A stretch of DNA of 64,000 nucleotides from Vitrella brassicaformis CCMP3155 (Eukaryota; Protista; Chromerida): positions 1 through 64,000 of the forward strand of contig CDMY01000459.1 of assembly GCA_001179505.1 (NCBI GenBank), written 5' to 3'. The position numbers and the translations under genes are program-made. Under the pieces are notes generated by a model. It did no database searches. It saw nothing but the letters and a program-made list of their open reading frames with translations, and had not been told where the DNA came from. This document shows, piece by piece, positions 49,152 to 61,320 of the stretch. Every line of letters begins with the position of its first letter. Within the stretch, counting starts at the first letter, position 1.

Positions 49152-49356
49152 CACCGTTCATCACCCAAGGCTTTTTGGATCCGAAGAAGCGAGCTTTTCT
49201 TTGTGCTGCGAGCTTTGTGTTGGAGAAGGCACCCGTCACTTTGAGGGAGTTTTGAGCTCACGTACGAACAGCCGGAGGCACCGCCGTCGAGTTTTTGTGT
49301 GTTTTGAGGACAGATCGGGATTGGTGCACCTCACTAGGCGTGTTGCGGTTGTGAGG

Positions 49357-49599
49357 ATGATGCTGCAAGTGGCGTCAGTCATGTCGGGTGAGAGCGGTGG
49401 CCTGGTGTCCCGGATGGACAGCGACTCCCTCCTCGTCGACCTGTAAGCACCACCACAAACCAACCAACGCCGACAGAGCAGACAGACAGACAGACACATA
49501 GACAGACAGACAGGAGGGAGGAGAGAGGAAGGCCAGATCTGCAGCAGCAGCAGACAAGGGCAGATTGATGTGCCTGCATGTCGATGTCATATTGTTTGA

Positions 49600-49635
<36 letters not shown>

Positions 49636-51071
49636 TGCGCGACCCATCAGCGACTACACGACGACTCGCGAGCGTCAGGAGCAGAGCGACGCCTCTCTGG
49701 CCAAGAAGTGGGAGTCCGAGGGCGACCTCCTACAGGCCGCCCTCACCACCGACCCCAACACCAACAAGAAGAGATGGCGCTGGCGGGGCGCACACAAGAA
49801 GCCCACCAAGCCGCAGGCCACCCTCAACGGCCTGCCCCTGCCCGTGCCGCCCGACGGCCTGGCCACACAGGTCGAGGACGTCCCCGAGAACGAGCTCGAG
49901 ATGGTCCTCTCCAAACTCAGCTTCCAGACGGGCCAGCCATACATCGAAGGGCAGGGCTACCACGGCGGCAAGACCGCCCCGTCCACACACACAGGAGGGG
50001 GCAAGGTGGGCAAGGTGGGTGAGGATCTGGCGGCCAAGGTGCTGAAGAAGCCTCGCCGAAAACAGGCGAAGCGCAAGACCTTCTCGTCGCTGCTTGGGAG
50101 CCTCCTGGACTGCCTGCCCTGCCACGCACTCACAGCGCGGCTCGGCCTGGATCACGACGACGTCGATGACGGTGCGAGGGAGGCGCCGTTCAAGCCGGCG
50201 GCGTACAGTGCTGCGAGTTTGCTGCGGCTGCTGAGCCAGGCCGAGCAGCATGCCGATGACTTGGTGCAGGGGGCGGTGGCCAAGAAGCAGGCCATGCAGA
50301 AGAGACTCAAGGAGGAGGTCGACCAGGAAGTGGCGGCATACAGGTGTGTGGCAAAGAGGGAGAGAGGGAGGGAGGGAGAGGTTTCCAGCTGTGGATGTCT
50401 GTCTGTCTGTCTGTGTGTTCGTCTGTGTGTGTGCAGGGGTGCTCTCGAGAAGGAGTATCAGCAGGCCCTCCAGGCGGTGAGTGAGTCGCTCGTAGAGAGA
50501 GGCCAGACACAGGAGTCGCTGCATTTCTCCCCTCGTATCTATCTATTATGTGTGTCTTCCCGCCATTTAGGCGCAGCAGGACAGGAACGGCAGCCAATCT
50601 GAGAGCGAAGATGCATCCACACAACCGCCAAGTGAGCACCCAACCGACCAGGCCGGCGACAGAAGCCAAAACACACGTGTGTGTGTGTGCTGTGCCTGTG
50701 TGTGTGATGGCTGGTAGGTACTGGATCGGTGTCTCGTGCGTCGACCAACGAGGAAGCTGCTGCCGACCATGTCGACACCAAATGCATCACCGACGCCGTC
50801 GCCATGGCCATCCGTAAGACACGCACACACACACACACACACGTGCACGTGTGATCTCTTCATCATTCATCGCGACTCCCCTCTCCCTCTCCCTCCCCCT
50901 CTCCCTCTGTGTGTGTCAGATCATGTGACGAATGTGCCGTGTGAGGTAGACGCGACCACTCGGCAGTACCTGCGGCTGCCCAAGGGCATGATCACCACTG
51001 GCGGCCCTCTCAAGCACAAGGACACACACATACAGACCGACCCGCCACACACGCGCAGGGGGTGGCTCTGA
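49357..51071 (+). CDS. Protein with a C-terminal V-ATPase subunit G-like region and a long N-terminal extension
   Basis: LLRLLSQAEQHADDLVQGAVAKKQAMQKRLKEEVDQEVAAYR|GALEKEYQQA ... DAVAMAI|HHVTNV resembles the subunit G pattern LLxAExxAxxxVxxA..K..RLK...EI..YR..E.EF ... V. Five exons are phase-consistent. Confidence 0.55.
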
Positions 51072-52436
51072 AGCCAATCTGGTGTGGCACCCACCACTCA
51101 TAGAACGGGGTGGTGGGAGTGGGGCGGGGCGGCGTGTTGTGTTTCCTTGGCCGTGATCTGTCTGTCTGCCTGTCTGTCTGTGTGTCTGTGTTGTGTTTGG
51201 GCTGGTTGGGCCGCCTCGCTCACCTTTTTGGAGCGGGGCGGGGGCGCTGAACGGCACGCCCGATGGATGGTTTTTGCGGGCGGGCTGGCGGGCGAGCGGG
51301 CGGGCTGCGCACGTGGGCGGCCGAGTGCTGCCTGCCTGTCTGTCTGTCTGTGTGACATAAATCCTGCCTGGCATCCTTGCTTACTGCTTACTTGTCGTCA
51401 GTGTGTGCATGTGCATACAAAACTCTACACACACGAGGAGAGGAGAGGGGGCAACCTTGACACAGGCAGCGACACGGGCATGGAGCGGGTCTCTCTCTTC
51501 CTCTCCCGTCGACTGACATTTTTGCCGCTCGACGCGGTGCGTGCGGCTGATGGGATGGATGGATGACACTGAGACAGATAGAACGAAAAGGAGAATTTTG
51601 ATTCAGAGTGTCTGCTGCGAGTTAGTCTGTCTGTCTGAGTGTCCGAGTGTCTTTATGTGTGTCGTGTCAGTCAGTCAGTCAGTCAGTCGGGGGCAATTCG
51701 TTCGTTGGTTCGTGGCGTCTTTGGTAATAATTGGTCCATACCACACCGTACATGTAGCTCGTCTGTCTCGGATGAGCTGTGTGGCTAACGCTGCAGTCAG
51801 TCATCGCATTCATTGCATAGCATAAGGAGGTGGGGAGGATAGTGTGTGCATTTGTGTGGGCAAGGAAGGACTGTGTGGGCGGTTCGGATCGTGTGTCGCG
51901 TGCAGGTGTGTGTGTGGGGGTGTGGGCGCATCCGTGAGGATGGCGTAATGTGTAAGGAAGGCTTTATCGGAACACAATGAGCATGCCATTCCCTGTCCAC
52001 TGTCGCCCTTCCTGCCTGCCTGTCTGCCTGCCTTTATCCAGCCATCGTCCTCTCTCTCTCTCTCTCGCTCCCATCACACACACACACAGAGACACCATGG
52101 ATGTACCTGCCAAGCGGCAGACAACTGTTTTCTGGTTGAGTGATCGATCCATGATGCATACCTACGGGAATCCCGTGCTGTGTCTGCTGAAGCGACCTCT
52201 GACTCTTCCATTCTTCCACTCATTCCTGTGCAATGATGGCCTCGGTGAATCCGGCGTGCTGTTGCGACTCCTCCGCAATGACGCGGATCGATTTGCAATT
52301 GCCCGACGGGTTGACTGACTCATCATGGCACGGAAAGAGAGACCCGCTGCTGATCATTCAGGGAAGCCCGAAGGGACGGACTACCTGTCTGTCTGAGTGT
52401 GAAGAATTGATGCGTGTGTCCTGTTGTGTCGTGTCG

Positions 52437-52468
<32 letters not shown>

Positions 52469-52937
52469 ACTCTGACTCTGATGCGCGTGACTGGTGACTG
52501 ACTCTCTCTCTTGCCCAGTCGAATTCAGGATGGATGGATGGATGGATGGATGGATGGAGTGCGTGTGCGCTTCTCTCATCGTCGTCGTCACGCCATTCAT
52601 CCCATTGATTCGCTCACTCAACAGGGTGCAAGCACTGCACCATGACATCACACCCACAGCCACTCGCTGCCCCAGCCAAATGGCATGGGTTCAACCCCAG
52701 CCTCTCCAACCCGCGATCCACTGCCACGGAGTTCGGGAAAACGGGAAAAGGGAAAAGCGGATGAGAGGAAAAGGAATAGGATGCTTGTGGAGAGAGAGAG
52801 TGACCCCCGTATTCTCCCGCTCTCTTCGATCTTTCCGTCGCCTTCCCGCCATTTTTCGGCAACTCCCTCCTGGTGAGTGAGTGACTCCTTCGCTTCCTTC
52901 GGCCTGCCTTACTGCTGACTGAAAGCGCTGCATCAGA

Positions 52938-55611
52938 ATGGTGGTCATCAGGCGTCCTCCCGTCACCCTGCTCTTCTTCATCGCAGCTGCCGGCCTCAGT
53001 ATCGCAGTTGACCAAACCGTGGACTACATCAACACACTCTCAGCTAGCAGTAGCAGTAGCAGCAGCATCGTCAGCCATGCCGCTTCGATGCCTGCCTTCC
53101 CCCTGCAGCACTCCGTGCCCATCCAGGCGGCATGGTTCTCGTGCAGAGAGCCCCGGATCTCTGGCGAGAAGAGGGCTAACACCACTGCCGCTGACGGGGA
53201 GCGGCGTTCTGCGCAGCGCAACAAGAGCGGAAAGAAGAAGAACACTAAGGGGCAGCAACAGCAGCAGCAAGGGCCACGTGCTGCAGAAGCGGACGCCACT
53301 GCTGTGGCTGCACGTGACTTTGCCCGGGCGCTGTCCTACATGGGCAGCTCCGTTGCCGACCACACATGGGAGGTTATCGAGGTAGGTACACAGACAGGTA
53401 TGGATGGAGGGATGGATGGATGGATGGATGGAGGCGATCGTCGTCTTTCCAGCCAGAGATAGTGATTGGTCTGCACGTCATGTGTGTGTCTGTGTGTGTG
53501 TCTGTCAGGAGTTTGGGACGCGGATGCTGCTGCTCCTGTTGGCCCTTGGGGTGATCGGGACAATGGCCTTTCCGGCCGTGGCGTGGGTGGCAGATGGTTT
53601 GAGAAACAAGTGAGCGAACCATACGCACACACGCAATTGTGGACTAGGCAGCGATATAGTGATGCGAGCGACTGCCCATGTGTGTGTGTGTGTGTGTATG
53701 TGTTTGTGCGCGTGTGTGTGTGTGTGTGAGTGCAGCCCCGAGCAGGTGACTTTTGATAATTTCTGCGCAGCCGTCTACGACATCTGGTACGACTTCGTCT
53801 GTGTCAAGCCCTACCGCATCGCCAGACGGCTCCTACTCGCTGTCCTTCACATCTTCCTGGCACTCGTCGAGGGCGCCGCGTGGCTAATCGGCTTCGTGTG
53901 CAAGCCCGTCCACACGTGGGTGTCGGCCAAGCGGGCCGAGATGATTGAGAACGACCTCATCAACGAGCAGCGGCAGGAAGCCGCCGGCATCGTGGGAAGG
54001 GAGCTGTCGTCGAAGGACAAGTACGTGAAGCGCCGACGAGAGCAGAAGAAACGACGCAGACAGCGAAAGCATCTGGAGAAGCTGGCGGCCGTCCAATCGG
54101 CGCCACCCAAGCGATCGCCGGCGCCTTACGTGCCGATCACGCCCGACGACCACGTCATGACTGACGATGGGGCGGTGGTGGTGCTACGTCAGGACCACAT
54201 CGACCACGAGCACATTGACGACGGCGAGTGGAGCCGAGTGGGGGCCAAGGGCAAGAAGGTCAAGCAGCAGCCGGCCCTCAGCAATGCTGCCACGACACCT
54301 GAGTCAGACCTGCCCAGCCACGGCGAGCCTGGTCATAGGGAACAAGGCGGCATGACGGTGGCGGCCGAGAAGCCGCACCTTGTCAAGGGAGCGGCGCATG
54401 AGCCCTCTAGCGACCGTCCTATCATCCCCTACCCCACCCCCACCCTGCCCCCCGCACCACCTGCGCCACCAGTACAACCACCAGTCGCCCCGGCCCCCGT
54501 GGAGCCTCCCGTCACGTGGACGCCGCCGGCCGACATGCCCCCTGTCCCCATGCCACCCAAGGCCCCCAAGGAGCCTGTCGCGCCGGTTCCAGTGACCAGG
54601 AAGAAGGCACCCAAGGCACAGCCGCAGCCACCGCAGAAGCAGCGGGGCAATTTGCAGCAGGGCGCGTTTCGCGACACCCCACCGGCACCACCCGTGCCGC
54701 CGCAGCCGCAGCCGCAGCCACAGCCACAGCCACAGCCGCAGCCGCAGCCCGCGTCGCAGCGTTCGGGTATGGGCATGGGCGGGGGGCATGTCGACGAGGG
54801 GCAAAAGCAGAGCGGGCCCAAACCAGCAGCAGCAGCAGCAGCAGCGGAGGGAGAGGGCGACATCGACGAGTTTGCCGAGTTGGAGGAGGCATGGAGGAGC
54901 GGTGCTGGCGGTGGCGGTAAGCTGCCATCGAGTACACCGAAGCCGCAGAGACCCAGGGGTGAGCGTACGCCCAACAAGCCACAGACCTCTTCACTGGCGG
55001 CCAAGGAGTCTCCCAAACAGCACAGCACGGCCAAGAAAGGCTGGCGGCCCGCACTGCGTCCAGCTCAGCAGAAAGGTGGTAGTGGCGCATCCGGTCACGT
55101 CACGGGCAGCCCCTCTTCGTCGGCTGTGGGGTCGGTGTCCCATGTGGCTGGTGAGGGGGCCGCCAGTGTGCAAGGGGAGGGGGCGGGTGTGGGTGGGGGG
55201 AGTGGGGCGGCTAGTTTGACGACGACGACCACGAACCACGAGAATGCTGCAGAGGGTGAGAGGGGCACACGGGATGGATGGATGGATGGGCTCCCCCACT
55301 GTGTTTGCGTCTTGTGTCAGGTGAGGTGTTCTCATGGCAGTGCAAGGTGTGTTACTCCAAGCAGGCGACGTGCCTGTTTATTCCCTGCAAGCATCAGCTG
55401 GCATGCGACGACTGTGCCAGGGTCAGCGACCGCACCGTACCGCACCAACGCCCTACCCCCCTCTCTCTGATGTGTGTGTGTCTCTCTCTCTGTGTGTGTG
55501 TGTGTGTGTGTGTGAGGGTCTTTTCAGGACCTGGAGGCGAACTGCAGCCCGTGTCCTTATTGCCGCGAGCCTATAGCGCAGTTCATATACGGTATCATCA
55601 TTCCTGGCTAG
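52938..55611 (+). CDS. Membrane-anchored RING (C3HC4, IAP/zf-C3HC4_3 type) E3 ubiquitin ligase
   Basis: N-terminal signal-like segment, two hydrophobic helices, a long Pro/Gln-rich linker, and C-terminal CKVCYSKQATCLFIPCKHQLACDDCAR|..CPYCREPI; TAG at 55609-55611. Confidence 0.82.
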
Positions 55612-55617
55612 ATCACA

Positions 55618-55917
55618 NNNNNNNNNNNNNNNNNNNNNNNNNNNNNNNNNNNNNNNNNNNNNNNNNNNNNNNNNNNNNNNNNNNNNNNNNNNNNNNNNNN
55701 NNNNNNNNNNNNNNNNNNNNNNNNNNNNNNNNNNNNNNNNNNNNNNNNNNNNNNNNNNNNNNNNNNNNNNNNNNNNNNNNNNNNNNNNNNNNNNNNNNNN
55801 NNNNNNNNNNNNNNNNNNNNNNNNNNNNNNNNNNNNNNNNNNNNNNNNNNNNNNNNNNNNNNNNNNNNNNNNNNNNNNNNNNNNNNNNNNNNNNNNNNNN
55901 NNNNNNNNNNNNNNNNN
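55618..55917. other. Assembly gap (300 N)
   Basis: Run of N just downstream of the RING gene stop. Confidence 1.
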
Positions 55918-56518
55918 GTGTCGATATGTGTGTGTCCATCTGTGCGTGTCCATGAGCAATTCAGAAGAAGCCTTTTTGCGTCTGTACAGCTGCTGGCCAG
56001 ACAGTGGCTCTGACTGCCTAGGTCCTGACGTACTTGATGTCTGTGTATGCGGTAGTCGGCCTGTGTGGGGGGAGCCGGCCTGCCTGCCTGAGCGTTGCAG
56101 TGAGGTTCCCAATACGAGTGACGGCGACGTGCTGCTCTGTCGTTGCGTACTGTATTGGGAGATTCCTTCGTGGTTGCTGAGCAGTGTCATCTTGTCATCA
56201 ACCAGCGGACGGAGAGCGCTTTTCCGGCACGTTGATTAGCATGTGTGAGATGCGGTTACCGTCGGCTGAGTGATGACAGCACGACACGACACAGACATTC
56301 GGCGAGAGAAAGACACGATCCATATTACGACTCGATGTCTGTCGACCACACTCTTTTTGGTGTGTTTGATGAATGACATGACATAGTGGGAGTGTCGATG
56401 CATCAAACATTGCGTCACGGGCCCACGGACACCGACATGGACTCAACACGGTCTCCTACCGAAGTTCATCCATCAAATCATTCAACCCAGCCCAAGCTGC
56501 CATCTATCGGCTAGCTCC

Positions 56519-57324
56519 TCAACAGGAGCCGCTGGCACCGCTCATCGACCCCCGCCCGCTGCTGTCCACTACCCCCGCCCCGACCCCTCCAGCCATCAAC
56601 CGCCTCTCCACGTCAGACATGCCCTCCTGCTGCAGCTCACGCACCTCCAGCAACGCATGAGCGCTCGCCAAGCTGCTCCGCATGACGGCCGTCGTGCGGT
56701 CCGCCTGCTGCAGCACAGAGGGCACCAACGCCGCCAGGGAGTCTATCAGATCCGGGGCGGGGAGGGAGGCTGGTGGCTGCGTGTTGTTGAGGGAAGGGGA
56801 GGCCGCTGCGGCATCGCTTTGCTGCCCCTGCCCCTCCTTCATGGCCTCCATTGCAGTGTGCACGTCGTGGCTGATGCGGCGCATGGCGTCGTGCTGCAGC
56901 GACGAGAAATGGCCCTGCAGCTGAGATACCTGCAGAACACACACACGCACACGCTTTTTATCCATCCATCCATCAGTCCGTCCATCCATCCATCCGTCCA
57001 TCCTGGCTGGATGGCTGGCTGGCTTGCCTGGTGCATCAACTCGTCCCGTGCTTTCTCCTTCTCCCGCACCCGCCCCTCCCCACCGCCATCACCATCACCA
57101 TCGTGCCCTGCCTTGGCCCCCTCAGACGGACTGCTGCTCTGTTTTGCCGCCATGAGGGCCTCCATGTGCGGCTGCAGATGGGTGTGGAGGTCGGCGAGGA
57201 GAGTCCCGGCCGCTGCGATGTTGTCCGGGTGTTTGAGGCTCTTGGGGATCAGATCTGCGGCAGATTTCTGCAGCTCGTCTTGGAAGCACTGAAGACAGCC
57301 GACAAGAACAGTGTTCGACGCCAT
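56519..57324 (-). CDS. Hypothetical helical protein (two exons; further 3' exons possible)
   Basis: MASNTVLVGCLQCFQDELQKSAADL...RDELMHQ|VSQLQGHFSSLQHDAMRRISHDV...; the intervening intron is (GGAT)n-rich with a gtgttctgcag acceptor. Confidence 0.5.
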
Positions 57325-57392
57325 TTGTGCTCCAGATCTTGCAAGCTCTGTGGTCAAAATAATGGACCCCTCCTCGGCGGCTCTAAGCTCGC

Positions 57393-57414
57393 AAACCCTA
57401 GACCCCAACCCTAA
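57393..57414. promoter_or_regulatory. Two telo-box-like motifs (aaaccctag, aaccctaa) in a divergent promoter
   Basis: gcaaaccctagaccccaaccctaat lies between ATG 57324 (-) and ATG 57628 (+). The motif is seen; function is inferred from plants. Confidence 0.35.
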
Positions 57415-57627
57415 TATTCTGGGGGAAATAATGGGACACTTTTCCCATTATTCACCATCTTGCGAACAGCCCCGTCGTATGGTGGACTTGAGCTCATCAA
57501 GGGACCAACAAAAGTGCCGCAACTGCCCAGGGCGACGACAGGCGGTCGGCGCGGAGTCGTGGCAAGCGGAGCGCGCAGATTCGACGAGGTTTGCGGGGCC
57601 GCCCACAGGACGGGGCCGCGAGCGAGG

Positions 57628-58424
57628 ATGGGGTGCGTGACGACAAAGGAGCCTCAAGAGGAGCCTGGCGAGCAGCCCAGGACGTCCGGGCCCCCCCGCG
57701 TCACACAAATCACCACCAAGCAAGGTGAGGAGGGAAGGGGCCCGTACAGAGGCAGAAATGATGCCGCATGCGAACTGAGGGTTGTGTGCGCGTGGCACTG
57801 GTGTGAGCATGGTTCAGACTTTGAGGAGCAGGTCAAGAAGGCCGAGGCCTCCAAGTTGGTCGTAGTCGATTTCTTCGTCCACCATGCAAGCACATCTCGC
57901 CGAAGGTTGAAGCAATGAGTGGCGAGTTCACGGACGTACTCTTCTTCAAAGGTACACACTGACACACCGCACACGGCATGCCTTGCAGTGTGTCGTGTGT
58001 GTCGTGTGTGTTGTGTATGCAGTTGACGTGGACGAGGTTGCGGACCTGGCAGAGCACCTCGGGATAAATTCCATGCCGGTACGTTTGGAGAGATGGGAGG
58101 GGAACAAGGAGTGAGGGAGACAGGTGCGGTCGTTCACTCATGCATGAGGCTCTGCTCTTTGTGTTGTCTTGTTGCAATGCATCTGCCTCAGACATTCCAA
58201 TTCTGGAAGGTGAGCTCATGGACTAAACACGAGCGCCGTGCAGTATGGCATGTGTGTGTGTGTGTATTTGTGTGTGGTCACTCACTCATGCAGAGCGGCC
58301 AGAAGCTTAAGAAGGCGGAGTTCTCGGGCGCCAACGAGAAGAAGCTGCGGTAAGGGATGCCTGAGCCAGTGCCTCACCTGCCGCCATGTGTGTTTGCAGG
58401 AAGTTGATTCAAGACAACAAGTGA
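57628..58424 (+). pseudogene. Thioredoxin (CPPC type, MGC N-terminus) with a frameshifting deletion in the active site (or an assembly error)
   Basis: MGCVTTKE..RVTQITTKQ|DFEEQVKKAEASKLVVVDFF, then gt-cca-cca-tgc-aag in another frame: PPCKHISPKVEAMSGEFTDVLFFK|VDVDEVADLAEHLGINSMP|TFQFWK|..FSGANEKKLR|KLIQDNK*. Confidence 0.82.
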
Positions 58425-58893
58425 CCCATGGGCCGGATGCGGTCTGCCTATGCTGATTGATTCGGATCGTTTTTCGGGTCTGGCTGAGTTCGAAATTGTA
58501 ATGGATGGATGAGTCAGTCATTTGTGTGTGTATGGCTCACAAAATCAGGGTGTGGTGTGTTCGGAAAGGGCCGGTGTGGCTGTTGCCTGCACTGCAATTT
58601 AGAGGTGCGGGGCTGAACTAGGGTATGTATGGGTCATAAGGAAGGGTGAGGGCAGTCAGTCAGTAATAAGACAGCAAGCGGCATGGTGTGGCTGGACTGC
58701 TTTGTTCGTTGTCTGCCCGTGCACATGTTGCACGGACAAGTCCAGACTGCCCACAAAACAATGCCTTCGTAAGAGGTGGACCGGATGAACGCAGTGTGAG
58801 ACACACCCACCGGACATCACACACCGGACATCAGACACATACTACACAAATCCAAGGACCGAAACACCCCAGACCACAGATCCAACAGTGTGG

Positions 58894-61252
58894 CTAGTTT
58901 TGCTCTCCCATGTCCCTTTCAGACTGTTCACCCTCGCCCTCCGTTGGCTGTCGCCTTGCCCCAGCCATGACTGGCAGGTTGGCGAGCGGGGACGGTAGCG
59001 ACGGCCCAGCAATACACGTCGATTGGTATACGGTCATCGTCCTCTGGATTCGCGAGAAATCCGACGCGCAATCCCCGCTAAGAGGCGTTACAGACGGGGG
59101 AGCCGCTGAGGAAGAGGAGACACGTGAGCACGCATATGTAGTTAGCGTTATCTTTGTGCCGCTCGTACGTGTCATGTTGGTTGAGGTTGATTCAGAAGAG
59201 TCCTCCTCCCTCTCTTGGACCTCTTTGTGCCTGTGTATCCTTCCCTCCTTCCGTCTGCTTTTTCTGTGGCCACTATGTGTAGACTCGAGCATCATCGATC
59301 CGCCCACGTGAGCGCGTCTCCGTCGGCTTCTCTGCTCGCTCCGCTGTTCAGTCAGAGCTGAGGGCGGTACAGGAGGAGGCCAGCTGACGGTATATGCCTC
59401 GATGCCGCTGGAGGATGATGGCCTGTCGTTGCCCTCCTGAGGTAGCTTGTCTCCTGTATCGTTGCTGTTTGGTTCGTCTTGGTCGCCGTCGTTTGACGCG
59501 GATGGCTTACTGACATCCTCTGTCGACGGATTCTCGTCTGCAGAGTGTGTCCAACCTGAGGATGATATGCACATGGCACGATCTGTGGTGGCTCACCAGC
59601 CTCCGATTCGTTCAGTCGTTGAAGGGCGGCGTGTCGCTGTAGCAACTCCTCCTTGCCCAGCTCATCATCTGGATTAGTCGGCGGGATAATCTGGTTGGCC
59701 TTCGAAGCAGCAGAAGCCTTCGCGTTCTTGCGCTGGTGGGCGTTGAATGCTGCAGCCAAGCACAAATATACACTGCCCGAGGGTGTGTGTTGCGAGAACT
59801 GGCTTACTGATGTATATGTTGTCGCCATGCCTAATAGCCACGGAAGAGTCCGGCCGGGGGTGTTTTGGCCGCGGCTTTGGTTTGGGCGGCGGCGACCCCT
59901 CCTGGGGCTGCTGATCTTCATCCGTCTCGTCTTCTGCGGGTGGTGCTGGTGGCTGTGGGGTTTCTTCGTCTTCAGCTTCCGGCTCCTGCTCGATCTTCAT
60001 CAGGTCCGTCAAGGAATGCTGCACGCACACGAAATGTTCACACGTAACGCGATAAAGAGCATGGTGTCTCTCGTTCTCACTGGTATGGGTTGCGTCGCCT
60101 TCTTGTGGGCGCCTTTCTTGTGATGGCTTTCTTGTCCCTTCTTCTTGTGATGCGAAGCTTTCTTGTGGGGTTTGTGAGACGGCTTCGCCGCAGGAGTGAG
60201 GCGGCTCTGTTGCAGATGGGACGAAGCCCCTCTGGTCGCGTCCTGCTTGTCTTGGTCATCAATGGGTGCATCGTCCACTGGATCGGGCGGCTGCTCGTCA
60301 GAGACCTCTTTATCAGCAGCCTGACATGCACATTCACGTAGACGAGGGACCGACACAACGCAGGCACACACACGCATACGGAACGACGGCTGCGATGCAC
60401 CTGATCTGCATTGGTCGATTCTTCCCCCTCGGCCTCTTCCCTGTCATCAGCATCATCAGCAGCAGCAGCCGAGTGTTCATCTTCACCGCCGGTGCTGTCA
60501 TCTTGGTCGCCGCTTGGTAGCACAGGTTCTCGCCGCCTTGCCCCTTGCAAATGCGAGGAAGGAGCAGAGCGCTGCGACGGCGGGTCACGGGCGACAATCG
60601 CGCCTTCAATGGCGGCCAGCTTCCTCAGCACCTGCATTCACCACACCCCACACCATCCCACAAACAGCGTCCCATGCAATCGCTGGTGTCTCCCTCACCG
60701 ACCGCATCTTCGTTGGGGTCATCATCAGAACTTGCGCCGTTGTCGTTGTTGTCCTCTTGGCCGCTGTCACTCTGGGAGCTCTCTCCTTCTGTGTCGCTGC
60801 CATCAGGACCGCCCTGTGCTGGCTTGGTGGAGCCTGGCGGAGGAGCCTTCGCTGAGTGTGCGTTGTCAAAGAGATTGTACCACTGCAAAGAGAGGCGCAT
60901 TTAAGGAGAAAGGAGAGATGTGTGGAAATGCCTGGATCCGGAGCTTTCATGCACGTACCTTGTGCGAATGTGTTTGTGACGGGCCTGACACACAGAGGTC
61001 GCATTGCGACTCAACACTCTCTCCCCTCCCTCCCCTCGTTTGCCCACCGTCTGTTTTCTTCACATCTTCATCGCCTGCAATGCCGGCATGAGCCCCAAGG
61101 CCCGGCCTGGCCCTTTGCACCTCCCCCAGATGGTCGACCACAGCCTGGGGCGCTTCGTCATTCCTTCGTGTTTCCTGCTGCGGCAGACTGAGTGCAGAAG
61201 CACTCATCAAGAGAGCCCAGAGCAGCACTCTAGCAGACCAACTCATGAGCAT
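58894..61252 (-). CDS. Secreted acidic low-complexity hypothetical protein, multi-exon
   Basis: Signal peptide MLMSWSARVLLWALLMSASA; several D/E/P/S-rich exons and a His/Lys-rich patch, with GT-AG junctions; no recognised domain. Confidence 0.5.
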
Positions 61253-61320
61253 CCAGACTTCACATGATCGCCTTGCTTGCTAAGCTCGCAGATGCCCGAA
61301 GAGATCTCCTTCTTTTCGGC

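Noticed and set aside
49730-50524. 264-aa minus-strand ORF
   Set aside because: Antisense shadow of the + strand gene; the intron signals point to the + strand.
51977-52900. Possible small gene between the V-ATPase-G-like and RING genes
   Set aside because: I could not build a consistent spliced ORF on either strand.
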